Assembly: GCA_024280895.1 (NCBI GenBank)
Contig: JAJRPI010000056.1
Location: 29,314 to 93,313 of the forward strand
Direction of reading: 5' to 3'
Length of the DNA stretch: 64,000 nt
Source of the DNA: Alphaproteobacteria bacterium
GTDB lineage: Bacteria > Pseudomonadota > Alphaproteobacteria > Rhizobiales > JAKIUO01
Shown: in pieces, positions 1 through 9,370 of the stretch
Layout of the letters: each line of letters begins with the position of its first letter
Position numbering within the stretch: the stretch's first letter is position 1
Made by a program: the position numbers and the translations under genes
The notes under the pieces: generated by a model
What the model was told of the DNA's origin: nothing
The model's database searches: none
What the model saw: the letters and a program-made list of their open reading frames with translations, nothing else

Positions 1-9
1 AAAACAGCA

Positions 10-393
10 ATGCCAGTTATCAAACCGGCCAAAGCACCCGTTGCGGCCCCCGTTAGAATCCAAACTGCCAAAGTAACTTCCACGCCCGCACCGGCCACTT
101 TGCCCAAACTAACGGTTAGCTCCGATGTTGAAACGGCCATGATGGCTCGCGCCAGTGGCTTGATGGACGCACGCGATATCGGCGCGGCTCGTATGGTTTT
201 TGTTTATTTGGCCCGCCATGGCAGTGCAGTGGCAATGAACCGTTTGGCGCAGACCTATGATCCGCAGTTTTTGGGATCGCGAGGTTTTGATGAGGGTAAG
301 AATAGTGATCTGATACGCGCCAAACGCCTTTACGGCGCAGCATCTGGTATGGGCGATCAAGAGGCGGCGGCCCGTTTGCAAGAAATGCAATAG
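10..393 (+). CDS. Sel1-like/TPR repeat protein, C-terminal portion (frame is open to position 1, so it may start upstream of the window)
   Basis: ORF track 127 aa. The Ala/Pro-rich N-terminal part is followed by Sel1-like repeats (GAARMVFVYLARHGSAVAMNRLAQTYD; AKRLYGAASGMGDQEAAARL). There is no stop codon between nt 1 and 10. Confidence 0.45.
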   Translation: MPVIKPAKAPVAAPVRIQTAKVTSTPAPATLPKLTVSSDVETAMMARASGLMDARDIGAARMVFVYLARHGSAVAMNRLAQTYDPQFLGSRGFDEGKNSDLIRAKRLYGAASGMGDQEAAARLQEMQ

Positions 394-575
394 CGGACCT
401 ATGAAGAGAATGGACCAATATGCTTTGTTATTGACGCTCCACATAATGCGGTTTTGCAAATATAAAAATTAATTGAACACTGCACTTCTTTGCACTCACC
501 AGAGCCCGACTGGGCGACGGCCGAGGAGGCCGCTCCATCGAAGGCCCAAGCTTGCGAGGAATGGCCGTGAGATAT

Positions 576-1688
576 TTAAATAGAGCGCCCTTGCAGAATT
601 TGTTCAAACAGATCGGCATATTGTTTGGCGCCCGTTTCCATATCAAAGCTTTTGGCGCGCTCAATGCGGGGCGTTGGGTCGCCGGGGTTTTCAAGGACTT
701 TGTCGATCTCACTGGCCAGCCTATCTGGTGTGAGGCCAATGTCTAAAAGCGACCCATAGCGCCCATCATCAAGCACTTCTCTTGGGCCCCCGCAATCCGT
801 TGCCAGCACCGGCAAACCAAAGCCCAGCGCTTCCACCAGCACCAGGCCAAAACTCTCTGTGGAGGAGGTGAGGACAAAGCATTTTGCGCTGGCGTAATAG
901 GCACCGGTATCTTGCACATAACCCGGCAGCTTGACGCGAGGGGACAGGCCAAGTTCGTCAATCAACGAGGTCAGGCTCGAACGCTCGCTTCCCTCTCCCA
1001 CAATGATCAGGCTTGCTGATTTGTCCTTGAGTTGCGCGAAGGCCTTGATGAGCAAATCAAACCGCTTGTTCGGGACCAGACGCCCTATCGACAGCACGAT
1101 ATTCTCGCGCGTGTGCAGATCCGCTGGATCATGGTCTGGAGGGCTGACAGGTAATGGCACCGGATTATAGATGCGTAATAATTTGTCGCGCGAGGCTTTC
1201 CACTGGCTTGCTAGATTTTCCAGCAATTGATCTGAGACGGCTACAGTTTTTGCAGCATATCGGCTCATCATTGGCAGATTTTTATAGCCAAGCCAGCTTA
1301 GTTTACCGGTCTTGTATTCTTCAAAGCCATGATAGGTGAGCACCAGAGCCGGTGTGGTTTTGGCGGCGTTTGATTTCGCCAGATTTCTTGCTTTGGCCAG
1401 CACCGAGGCGGCTACAATCTTGAAATTAGCCGAGGCAATGGCGGAAATGACGATATCTGGATTTTGCTCTATGAGGACGCGCGACAGCTCGCGGATCGAG
1501 GCGATGTGGTCGTTTGAGAGCAGTAGTTTTTTGACGTTCGAGGACAGATCAGGACTATTTTCCCCCGGCTCAAACTCGACCACCAGAGCGACATCATGGC
1601 CGTTTGCTGCGAACCAGTTGGCGAGATTGGCGATCACTCGCTCAGCCCCGCCATCTACCAGTCCTGGAATATAGAAAAGCAGCTTCAT
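576..1688 (-). CDS. Glycosyltransferase family 4 (GT-B, GT1/GT4 type)
   Basis: Start taken at the internal ATG giving MKLLFYIPGLVDGGAERV (typical GT4 N-terminus). C-terminal EGSER...E-x7-E-like region (STESFGLVLVEALGFGLPVLATDCGGPREV). The longer 499-aa ORF overlaps the neighbouring gene and was trimmed. Confidence 0.85.
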   Translation of the reverse strand: MKLLFYIPGLVDGGAERVIANLANWFAANGHDVALVVEFEPGENSPDLSSNVKKLLLSNDHIASIRELSRVLIEQNPDIVISAIASANFKIVAASVLAKARNLAKSNAAKTTPALVLTYHGFEEYKTGKLSWLGYKNLPMMSRYAAKTVAVSDQLLENLASQWKASRDKLLRIYNPVPLPVSPPDHDPADLHTRENIVLSIGRLVPNKRFDLLIKAFAQLKDKSASLIIVGEGSERSSLTSLIDELGLSPRVKLPGYVQDTGAYYASAKCFVLTSSTESFGLVLVEALGFGLPVLATDCGGPREVLDDGRYGSLLDIGLTPDRLASEIDKVLENPGDPTPRIERAKSFDMETGAKQYADLFEQILQGRSI

Positions 1689-1704
1689 ATTCTCATCCCG
1701 GCAG

Positions 1705-2463
1705 CTATTCCGCTTTGTCGTCGCCCTCGGTTTTATTGGGGAAATTTGCAAAAACATCGGCCGCTTCACGCTTAGCGTCATCGGCGGTCGGGGCATCGGA
1801 GCGCGTACCCATGCCTGAAGGCGCGGGTGTTTGCGGCGTATCAAACGGGTTGACATTTGCTGGCGTCGTTGTTGCTGACGTGGGTAGCAAGGTGCCAGCT
1901 GGTTTCGGCATTTCACCGCCTTCGCGTTTGATGCGCTGGGCCGCAATTTCAACTTCATTGTCAAGATCGGTTTGTGTGCACAGACCAAGCGCCACGGGAT
2001 CAACGGGCTGGAAATTGGAGATATTGGTGTGCGTGCGTTCCTTGATTTTCTCGATCGTTGGTTTGGTTGTGCCAACGAGGCGAATGATCTGCGGGTCTTT
2101 CAGCTCAGGATGATTACGCACCAGCCAGACGATGGCATTGGGGCGATCTTGGCGTTTTGAAACCGGTACATATTTAGGCCGTTTACGCGTTTTTTTATTG
2201 CTGGCAGGGATGATCACGCTGCTTTTTTTCAATTTGAGATCATATTTGGGGTCTTCTTGACCCTTTTCGATTTCTTCGCGTTTCAGCTGGTTGGAGGAAA
2301 TAGGGTCCATGCCCTTGATGCCTTGCGCCACGTCATCGTCAGCGATGCCTTTAACCTCAAGCATGTGAAGCCCGCAAAAATCGGCAATCTGCTCAAAGGT
2401 CAGCGACGTGTTTTCGACCAGCCAGACGGCGGTGGCTTTTGGCATAAGAGGTGTATCGGCCAT
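1705..2463 (-). CDS. trcR: DUF1013 protein (cell-cycle transcriptional regulator TrcR family) with a long disordered C-terminal tail
   Basis: The N-terminus MADTPLMPKATAVWLVENTSLTFEQIADFCGLHMLEVKGIADDDVAQGIKGMDPI matches the alphaproteobacterial DUF1013 signature as I remember it. Confidence 0.75.
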   Translation of the reverse strand: MADTPLMPKATAVWLVENTSLTFEQIADFCGLHMLEVKGIADDDVAQGIKGMDPISSNQLKREEIEKGQEDPKYDLKLKKSSVIIPASNKKTRKRPKYVPVSKRQDRPNAIVWLVRNHPELKDPQIIRLVGTTKPTIEKIKERTHTNISNFQPVDPVALGLCTQTDLDNEVEIAAQRIKREGGEMPKPAGTLLPTSATTTPANVNPFDTPQTPAPSGMGTRSDAPTADDAKREAADVFANFPNKTEGDDKAE

Positions 2464-2604
2464 AAGTAATTCTCCGGCCCCCGGGGTTTAAAGAGGGAGG
2501 CGCTCTTGAAATTAGCATAAACTGTAAGGGAAACGTGCGCTCACTATAATCAAGGATCAATCGAAATCCAACCCAAAAGCCTAAAAAGAGTAAAAACGTG
2601 TATT

Positions 2605-3072
2605 TTAGAAGCAACGTTTCATGATTTTGCAGCGGGTTCTGCCATTGGGATAGGGGCCTTTGGCCGGATCACTGCGCAAGGTTGTGCAGATGCGCTTTAG
2701 TCCCTTGCGCTTTAACCATCCTTGACGATGGCCAGTTTTCGAGGCCCAGCAATCGGCTTTGCGCTCACTTTTACCGCGACGCTGATGGCCGCACTCATGG
2801 GTGTAAATCATCCATTGCTCGATCCGCGAATATTTTTTGAGCTTGCGCGGGTTAAGACCGATGAGGCCGGGAATAGAGCCGCCGACCATCCAGTATTTCG
2901 AGCTGACCAGCGTTTTCACCTTACCGCAGCGCATGGGTTTTCCAGCGATCACCAGTTTTCCTGGCTTGTAGACCCCGTCTTTAAGGGCGTGAGCTGGTTG
3001 TATCATCACTGCCAGCAGTGCAAACAAGAGGACCAGATTAGGCGCGCGAATATGAGAAAATGCAATACACAT
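2605..3072 (-). CDS. Hypothetical secreted protein with an HExxH-like motif (THECGH)
   Basis: 155-aa ORF with an N-terminal hydrophobic signal-like segment (LVLLFALLAVMIQPAHA). It is basic and Cys-containing. I recognised no family. Confidence 0.5.
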   Translation of the reverse strand: MCIAFSHIRAPNLVLLFALLAVMIQPAHALKDGVYKPGKLVIAGKPMRCGKVKTLVSSKYWMVGGSIPGLIGLNPRKLKKYSRIEQWMIYTHECGHQRRGKSERKADCWASKTGHRQGWLKRKGLKRICTTLRSDPAKGPYPNGRTRCKIMKRCF

Positions 3073-3188
3073 GAGATGACCACCCTCAAATTGTTTTTTA
3101 CAAACCCTTGATAGTTTAACGCGCGCATCATCCTCAATAAGGTGAACGAGGACAATGGGAAGATTGTCGCACAGCTATTTTGTACCGA

Positions 3189-4610
3189 TCAACCCGCCTT
3201 GTTAAACTCGCGCACATCAACAAAATGCCCGGCGATGGCAGCAGCGGTTGCCATGGCGGGGGACACGAGATGGGTGCGCCCGCCGCGTCCTTGACGGCTT
3301 TCAAAATTACGGTTTGAGGTGGAGGCACAGCGCTCCCCTGGCTCCAGCTGATCGGCGTTCATGGCCAGACACATGGAGCACCCGGGATCACGCCAGTCAA
3401 AGCCCGCTGCGATGAAGATTTTATCCAGCCCCTCGCGCTCGGCTTGCGCTTTGACAAGGCCAGAACCTGGGACAATCATTGCTTGCACATTTTCATTGAC
3501 GTGATGGCCTTTGGCAATAGAGGCGGCGGCGCGCAGATCCTCGATACGGCCATTGGTGCACGAGCCGATAAACATGCGGTCGATTTTGATGTCGGTCATT
3601 TTGGTGCCTGCCGTTAGCCCCATATAGTCAAGGGCGCGGGTTTTGGCTTCGCGAATAGAGATGTCTTCAATGTCATTTGGATCGGGCACTTCGCCAGTGA
3701 TCGACACCACATCTTCGGGGCTTGTTCCCCAGGTTAGGGTAGGGGGCAGATTGCTGGCATCGAGCACGATTTGCTTGTCGAAATGAGCGTCCGGATCGCT
3801 ATGCAAGGTGCGCCAATAGTCTACGGCTTGCTCGAAATCATCGCCCTTGGGCGACATGGGGCGGCCGCGAAAATATTCAAATGTGGTGTCGTCAGGGGCG
3901 ATGAGACCCGCCCTTGCGCCCCCTTCAATGGTCATGTTGCAAACCGTCATGCGCCCTTCCATGGAAAGATCTGTGATGGCCTCTCCCATGAACTCGATGA
4001 CATGGCCGGTGCCACCAGCCGTGCCCATTTCGCCAATGATGGCAAGGATAATGTCCTTGGCAGTGAGGCCGTGGGGCAGCTTTCCATTGACCTGCACTTT
4101 CATGTTTTTGGCTTTGGACTGGATCAGCGTCTGGGTGGCCAGCACATGCTCGACCTCAGAGGTGCCAATGCCGTGCGCCAGCGCACCAAACGCGCCATGG
4201 GTAGAGGTATGGCTATCACCGCAGACAATGGTGGTACCAGGCAGGGTAAAGCCTTGCTCTGGGCCGATGATATGGACAATGCCCTGACGCTCGTCATCCA
4301 TATGAAAAATAGGCACGCCAAACTGTGCGCAGTTGGCCTCCAGTGTCTCGACCTGAATACGGCCTTCTTCGCTATCGAAACCTTTGTCACGATTGCGGGT
4401 GGGTACATTATGGTCTGGGACCGCAAGGGTCTTGTTGGGGGCGTGAACCACTCGCCCCGCGGCGCGCAAACCTTCAAAGGCCTGCGGACTGGTAACTTCG
4501 TGCACGAGATGGCGGTCAATATAGATCAAGGAGCTATCATCATCGCTGGTGTCGATGAGATGATCATTCCAGATTTTGTCATAAAGTGTTTGTGGCATTG
4601 TTTCTGGCAT
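3189..4610 (-). CDS. leuC: 3-isopropylmalate dehydratase large subunit
   Basis: 473 aa. Aconitase-family motifs are present ([53 protein letters not shown]). Confidence 0.97.
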   Translation of the reverse strand: MPETMPQTLYDKIWNDHLIDTSDDDSSLIYIDRHLVHEVTSPQAFEGLRAAGRVVHAPNKTLAVPDHNVPTRNRDKGFDSEEGRIQVETLEANCAQFGVPIFHMDDERQGIVHIIGPEQGFTLPGTTIVCGDSHTSTHGAFGALAHGIGTSEVEHVLATQTLIQSKAKNMKVQVNGKLPHGLTAKDIILAIIGEMGTAGGTGHVIEFMGEAITDLSMEGRMTVCNMTIEGGARAGLIAPDDTTFEYFRGRPMSPKGDDFEQAVDYWRTLHSDPDAHFDKQIVLDASNLPPTLTWGTSPEDVVSITGEVPDPNDIEDISIREAKTRALDYMGLTAGTKMTDIKIDRMFIGSCTNGRIEDLRAAASIAKGHHVNENVQAMIVPGSGLVKAQAEREGLDKIFIAAGFDWRDPGCSMCLAMNADQLEPGERCASTSNRNFESRQGRGGRTHLVSPAMATAAAIAGHFVDVREFNKAG

Positions 4611-4684
4611 TCTGGCGGCTCCTCAAGAGGGGATGTTGTATATGTCTTGTATTTATCTCATATGCGGGGGGATGCAAGTCATCA

Positions 4685-5377
4685 TTAGCGCACGCGGCAC
4701 CCCTGTAATCGCTCGCGCTTGCCGCCAAAGCCTTGCACCCGGCGCACATCAAACCCTGCCTGCTGCAGATTGCGGCGCACAAAACCGGCTGCCGTATAGG
4801 TGGAAAATGTGCCACCAACCTTCGTGTGATCAAAAACCTGGTGCATCAAATCAAGTTCCCAGAGCTGCGGGTTTTTAGCCGGTGAAAAGCCATCCAGATA
4901 CCAGGCATCAGCTTGCTCGCACCAAGTTGGCAGGGTGGCGCGGGCATCTCCCAATAAGAGATTGAGCGTCACATTGCCAAATTGATATTGCTTGGCGGAG
5001 TTCTGGTTGAGCAGGGGAGTGGCAAGGTCGGCGAGGTCAGGCCAAACGGCAAGGGCACGGCCTATTTGTTCTGGCTCAAGAGGATATTGCTCAAAAGACG
5101 TGAAGATTAGCCTTGCATGTTCAGGCGCTAATTTTTGCCAATGATGCAGCGTTTCAAAAAAATTGAGACCGGTGCCAAATCCCAGTTCGGCAATATGAAA
5201 AGTGGAGCCTGTTTGCCAGCGCCCTTGCTCCTGCCATCGATCCGCCAGCTCATTGCCATCAAGGAATACGGCTTGCGTTTCAGCGCGGCCGTCTTCGCGC
5301 GAAAAATAGCGATCCTCAAAGCGTCTTGAGTATGGCGCGTTGTTATCAATCCATGTTAGATCGGCATCTAGGGTCAT
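4685..5377 (-). CDS. mnmD: tRNA (mnm5s2U34) methyltransferase, stand-alone MnmC methyltransferase-domain homolog (MnmD/DUF752-like)
   Basis: 230 aa. PYSRRFEDRYFS...HIAELGFGTGLNF...DAWYLDGFSPAKNPQLW is characteristic of the SAM-dependent half of MnmC. Confidence 0.75.
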   Translation of the reverse strand: MTLDADLTWIDNNAPYSRRFEDRYFSREDGRAETQAVFLDGNELADRWQEQGRWQTGSTFHIAELGFGTGLNFFETLHHWQKLAPEHARLIFTSFEQYPLEPEQIGRALAVWPDLADLATPLLNQNSAKQYQFGNVTLNLLLGDARATLPTWCEQADAWYLDGFSPAKNPQLWELDLMHQVFDHTKVGGTFSTYTAAGFVRRNLQQAGFDVRRVQGFGGKRERLQGCRVR

Positions 5378-5456
5378 GGTCCAGTCATAGACCAGCGGTG
5401 CGCGGTGTGTCTATGATCGGCGGCGAATAGATAGCCAATAAACGGAGTGTGGTTTC

Positions 5457-6653
5457 GTGTCAGCAAAAGCCGCTTTAAATCTCGTTCCAGCCACAAGCTT
5501 GAGCAGCGATCTGTTGATCGTTGGTGGTGGGGTGCTGGGCCTGTGGGCCGCTAAATATGCGCTCGATGCGGGCCTCAAGGTGACGCTCATCGACAAAAAA
5601 CGCTGCGGTTCTGGCGGCTCTCGCGGGTTGCTGGGAGCGCTGGCTCCCCATTTACCCAACGCCATGAATGACAAGAAGCGCTTTCAGCTGCACGCCCTTG
5701 ACGAGCTGCCCGGGCTTGTAGCGCAGCTTGAAGAGCAAAGCGGGCTGATCGCCCATTATGGCCAGACCGGGCGGTTGATGCCGATCCGCGTGCCCGGCTT
5801 TCAAAAACGTGTTGATCGCTGTATCGAGGAATCTCGCGTGAGCTGGGATCTGGGGGTGCGTTCATACACGTTCGAGCAGGTGGAGATTGGTTCCTACGAG
5901 GGGTGGGTCAATCCTGAACTTGCGCCAATGGGGCTGGCCTTTGATAGCCTAAGCGCCCGTATTGTGCCGCGCAGTTTTATGCAAGTGCTGTATGCCTTCG
6001 TCATGGACCGCATCGAGATCATTGAGGGTTGTGAACTCATCTCCTTTGATCAGAAAAAAGGCCGCGCCCGGATGCGCGATGGGCGCGCGATCCTTGCCGA
6101 CAAAGTCGTGCTGGCGGCGGGCTATGAGACCTATGATCTCTTGAAGCCACTGGCCCGCGCTGACCTGGGCCACGGGGTCAAGGGGCACTCGTCCTTGTTT
6201 AAGCTGGACGGGGTCGCTGATATGCCAAGCCTTTATGATAATGGCGTTTATGTCGTGCCACATGGGGATGGCACAGTGGCGGTGGGCAATAGCTCGCAAA
6301 ATGAGTGGAGCGATGAACATGCGGTTAGCGAAGGTCATTGCCTGCCCTACATCATCAGGGCAATCGAGCTGTGCCCCGCCTTGCAAAAGGCAAAGTTTTT
6401 ATCCCATTGGGCCGGGGTGCGCCCGCGCTCGCACGCCAAGGACCCCATTGTCGGCGCGCTGGATGATCGCGGCGGCGTGCATGTGCTGACGGGGGGCTTC
6501 AAGATCAGCTTTGGCATTGCGCATCGTCTGGCGCGCGCGCTCATTGAGCGGATCACTGGGGCACCAAACCGCGTTTCTCTGCCCCCAAGCTATGAGGTGG
6601 CTTATCATTTGGCGGAGGCGGAAAAAGACAATCGTGGAGATAAAAAGATATGA
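5457..6653 (+). CDS. FAD-dependent oxidoreductase (DAO family, resembles the MnmC oxidase half)
   Basis: GTG start. Rossmann dinucleotide motif DLLIVGGGVLGLWAAKYA. 398 aa, divergent from the mnmD-like gene across a 79-bp spacer. Confidence 0.7.
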   Translation: MSAKAALNLVPATSLSSDLLIVGGGVLGLWAAKYALDAGLKVTLIDKKRCGSGGSRGLLGALAPHLPNAMNDKKRFQLHALDELPGLVAQLEEQSGLIAHYGQTGRLMPIRVPGFQKRVDRCIEESRVSWDLGVRSYTFEQVEIGSYEGWVNPELAPMGLAFDSLSARIVPRSFMQVLYAFVMDRIEIIEGCELISFDQKKGRARMRDGRAILADKVVLAAGYETYDLLKPLARADLGHGVKGHSSLFKLDGVADMPSLYDNGVYVVPHGDGTVAVGNSSQNEWSDEHAVSEGHCLPYIIRAIELCPALQKAKFLSHWAGVRPRSHAKDPIVGALDDRGGVHVLTGGFKISFGIAHRLARALIERITGAPNRVSLPPSYEVAYHLAEAEKDNRGDKKI

Positions 6654-7216
6654 GCCGTATGATTTCAAACAGGCCAAGAGCGGCGCTTGTTGGGGTGTTG
6701 ATCATCGCCGCTTACTTCATGCTGACCTACACCATCACCCATCATAAAATTGCGGGCGTTGTGACCGACCTTATTGCCGGGTTCGCCGTGATCGCCATTC
6801 CTTTTTTGATGTTGCCAATCTTTAAATCGGACACGAATAAAGCGCTGATCAATGGCTATATGATCGCCAGAATTATCGAAGGGCTGTTGATGCTGATCGG
6901 CGGGATATTCATTTTAATGCCGTCATTGGAAGCCTATCGAAACACCCTGTACGAACATGTGCAGGTGTATTTTTTCATCGCCGGAGCGCTGTTGTTTTAC
7001 ATTTTGCTGTATCGCACCAGAGCTGTGCCGCGCTTTATTTGCGTGTGGGGAGGGCTTGCAACTTTAGCGCTTTTTGCCGTGACGATGCTTGGCCTGTTTG
7101 GCATCAAAGCGCCAATGCTGGATGTCCTGGTGGCACCGATGATCTTGAACGAGTTGTTTCTGGCCATCTGGTTGATGGTCAAAGGGTTCAATAAGGACGC
7201 TATTGGCGGCGTGTGA
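6650..7216 (+). CDS. DUF4386-like integral membrane protein
   Basis: 188 aa with about 5-6 hydrophobic helices. ATGA start/stop overlap with the upstream oxidoreductase. The family assignment is from memory only. Confidence 0.55.
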   Translation: MSRMISNRPRAALVGVLIIAAYFMLTYTITHHKIAGVVTDLIAGFAVIAIPFLMLPIFKSDTNKALINGYMIARIIEGLLMLIGGIFILMPSLEAYRNTLYEHVQVYFFIAGALLFYILLYRTRAVPRFICVWGGLATLALFAVTMLGLFGIKAPMLDVLVAPMILNELFLAIWLMVKGFNKDAIGGV

Positions 7217-7270
7217 TTTTGGTTCTCTGCCTGAGCTTTGCGGGTGTGATTTGGTGGGCGGCCCTAACCC

Positions 7271-7327
7271 AATCGGGGCGTTACGCTTCGCTAACGACAC
7301 CCTACAGGCTCACAAAAAATACAAAAC
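7271..7327. repeat. Truncated half-copy of the 131-bp nested-palindrome REP/MITE-like element
   Basis: aatcggggcgttacgcttcgctaacgacaccctacaggctcacaaaaaatacaaaac aligns with the left halves of the copies at 8724 and 9180, then diverges. Confidence 0.8.
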
Positions 7328-7435
7328 TATATCCAGCTCTTAGAGTGGTTTTTTACATATTTTTTCTGGAGGAGGAAGGAGGGAGGGTGAACTGCCCCTC
7401 GGCCTCCATTTTCCTGATACCTCAATGGGTTGATC

Positions 7436-8581
7436 CTAACCGCCTGAAATCTTGTGACTAATTTTATCGAGGAGCGTTTTATGCTTCGCTTCTTGCGGGT
7501 GAGGGCTCTTCTTGTTGGGATCTGCCTCGGCTGGTTTGGTTTTTACTCTTACGTGTTCAGTTTTATCGGGGGTTTTGGGTTGGAAATCATCCATATATTT
7601 TCCTTCATAATATTCTGGAAACCACCCCAAAAACAGATTGGCACTCAATATCAGCATTCCAAGGCTTAACCCGCCAACTCCTACAAAAGTAAATATTTCG
7701 GTGAGGATATGATCATGAGCGGCATCGCGGCCAATCCATGGAGCGAGCCAGAACATCGTGAACCAGGCCAGCGGATAAATGCTACCCATACCGATTAATA
7801 TTGCCGTGATTGATTTCAAGCTAGTCCTCAGATTGGCTATCATGACGAGGAAGATCAAGCCCAAAGAGAAAGCTGCAATCGCAGCTGCGTGGAAATGTGC
7901 ACGTTGCGCGTAACGCCATATTTTTGATTGACTTTTATTATCGTGAACGTCGGGTACTGCGGCAATGCCCTGGGCGACAGCACTTTTAAAACCATCTTCA
8001 TTTACACCAAATGCGATGCCCATAGAGATACCAAATATTAATCCCGCAAGGGTCATTAACAATCCGAGCTTAACCAGCACAAGTTCTGATACTTTTCTTT
8101 GTGCGAACGCGCCAAAAAATAAATTGAAGAATAACATGCCTATCCCTGCGATCAGACCGCCATAGGCAATATAAGTGACGGTTTGAACAGCGATATGAAG
8201 ATGGGCAGCATCACGCCCCATGGACGGGGCTAGATAGAACATTGTGATCCAGGACAGAGGATATAAATTCCCCAAGCCCACCAAGCTGGCAGCGACAGGT
8301 TTGAGTGACATCTTCAGGTTGGAAAACATCATGAGGAGAATGAGAGAAATAGAAAAAGCCGCGATACCGGTCGCATGAAAATGGGCACGTTGGGCGTAAC
8401 GCCATATTTTTGATTGGCTTTTGCTATCATGTAGATCGGGAAAAGCGGTAATACCACGAGCCACGTAATCTTTAAATGTATCTTCGAAAATTCCAAACGC
8501 GATGCCGAGTACGACGCCAAATCCCAGTCCCAACATTGTCAGCAAAAGGCCAAATTTTACATTCTCTAATTCTTTATACAT
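7436..8581 (-). CDS. Internally duplicated polytopic membrane protein (2 x 4 TM), His-rich motifs, function unknown
   Basis: Two gapless repeats are offset by 162 aa (DNA 8557-8111 and 8071-7625). They share KSQSKIWRYAQRAHFHA and GRDAAHxH. The tail is Lys/Pro-rich. Start is either ATG 8581 or TTG 8602. Confidence 0.75.
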   Translation of the reverse strand: MYKELENVKFGLLLTMLGLGFGVVLGIAFGIFEDTFKDYVARGITAFPDLHDSKSQSKIWRYAQRAHFHATGIAAFSISLILLMMFSNLKMSLKPVAASLVGLGNLYPLSWITMFYLAPSMGRDAAHLHIAVQTVTYIAYGGLIAGIGMLFFNLFFGAFAQRKVSELVLVKLGLLMTLAGLIFGISMGIAFGVNEDGFKSAVAQGIAAVPDVHDNKSQSKIWRYAQRAHFHAAAIAAFSLGLIFLVMIANLRTSLKSITAILIGMGSIYPLAWFTMFWLAPWIGRDAAHDHILTEIFTFVGVGGLSLGMLILSANLFLGWFPEYYEGKYMDDFQPKTPDKTEHVRVKTKPAEADPNKKSPHPQEAKHKTLLDKISHKISGG

Positions 8582-8723
8582 TATACGTACTTTCTGAAAC
8601 AATACTTAGTACAAGATGCACGTCCTAGTCTAAAGAGGAAGTGGTCTAACCGCTGTTAGCATCCCCCAACTACCATACTCTGACTAAAGATGAAATATAT
8701 TTTGGGAGAATTTGTCCTAACGC

Positions 8724-8855
8724 AATCCGTGCGTTACGCTTCGCTAACGGTATCCTACCAGGCTCCCAATAAAATACAAAACCGTAGGGTGTGTTAGCAC
8801 GTTTCATGGGCGTTGATACAGGTACGAATTTATCAAAGCGCGTAACGCACCGATT
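8724..8855. repeat. 132-bp nested-palindrome REP/MITE-like element, copy 1
   Basis: 16-nt terminal inverted repeats (aatccgtgcgttacgc / gcgtaacgcaccgatt) enclose an inner inverted pair (gctaacggtatcctac / gtagggtgtgttagc). Confidence 0.85.
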
Positions 8856-8868
8856 ATTGCCGATGGTC

Positions 8869-9130
8869 CGCGCGGTGCGTTACGCGCCTTTTGCGAGGTT
8901 TTGCCGTGTTGAGGGTTATCAGTGAGGCGCTAACGGCACCCTACTTGCTAAATGCTGCAAGAGCTAGGGGGAGGTTGTTACCTCAGCACCCTATGTCATC
9001 CCCGCGCCCCATGTCATTCCTGCGCAGGCAGGGATCCATACTCCCTTGCCCGTCAATTGAGAGAGCAGACTATCAATTGTTAAATCTGTGGTTATGGACC
9101 CCAGCCTTCGCTGGGGTGACACTGATTTTT
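8869..9130. repeat. Cluster of REP hairpins (GTAGGGTG-type 76-bp element plus GTCATCCCCGCG..GGGATCC and CCCCAGCCTTCGCTGGGG stem-loops)
   Basis: cggtgcgttacgcgcc...ggcgctaacggcaccctac. Also gtcattcctgcgcaggcagggatcc and accccagccttcgctggggt. The same hairpin types recur at 39600-40122. Confidence 0.8.
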
Positions 9131-9179
9131 TGTGCTGCTGTTGGTTCGGGTTTGCAAAACCTACGACATGTCCCAACCC

Positions 9180-9310
9180 AATCGGTGCGTTACGCTTCGC
9201 TAACGTCACCCTACAGGCTCCCAATAAAATACAAAACCGTAGGGTGTGTTAGCGCGTTTCATGGGCGACCATACAGGCGCAAATTTATCAAAGCGCGTAA
9301 CGCACCGATT
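9180..9310. repeat. 131-bp nested-palindrome REP/MITE-like element, copy 2
   Basis: Perfect 16-nt terminal inverted repeats aatcggtgcgttacgc (9180-9195) and gcgtaacgcaccgatt (9295-9310). Near-identical to copy 1 over most of its length. Confidence 0.85.
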
Positions 9311-9370
9311 ATTGCCGATAGTCCGTTACGGTGCAATAAATTGCACCCTACAGGCCCGGCACCCCATACA

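Noticed and set aside
1689-2075. N-terminal 129-aa extension of the 576..2075 ORF (499 aa in the ORF track)
   Set aside because: It overlaps the well-supported DUF1013/TrcR gene in another frame and is Arg/Pro/Gln-rich junk. The glycosyltransferase fold begins at the internal MKLLFYIPG start (1688).
3771-4688. 305-aa plus-strand ORF (and 3847..4287)
   Set aside because: It is antisense to leuC, which has unmistakable aconitase-family motifs. This is the typical shadow ORF of a GC-rich gene.
7368-7387. 20-nt homopurine tract GGAGGAGGAAGGAGGGAGGG between convergent genes
   Set aside because: It is curious (a possible triplex or decoy Shine-Dalgarno run), but it is a single occurrence with no associated ORF or structure I can support.
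8690-9365. Possible CRISPR array, because of dense repeats (also 39000-40130)
   Set aside because: The repeats are palindromic, of several unrelated types and unequal spacing. There are no constant-length direct repeats separated by unique spacers, and no cas genes.
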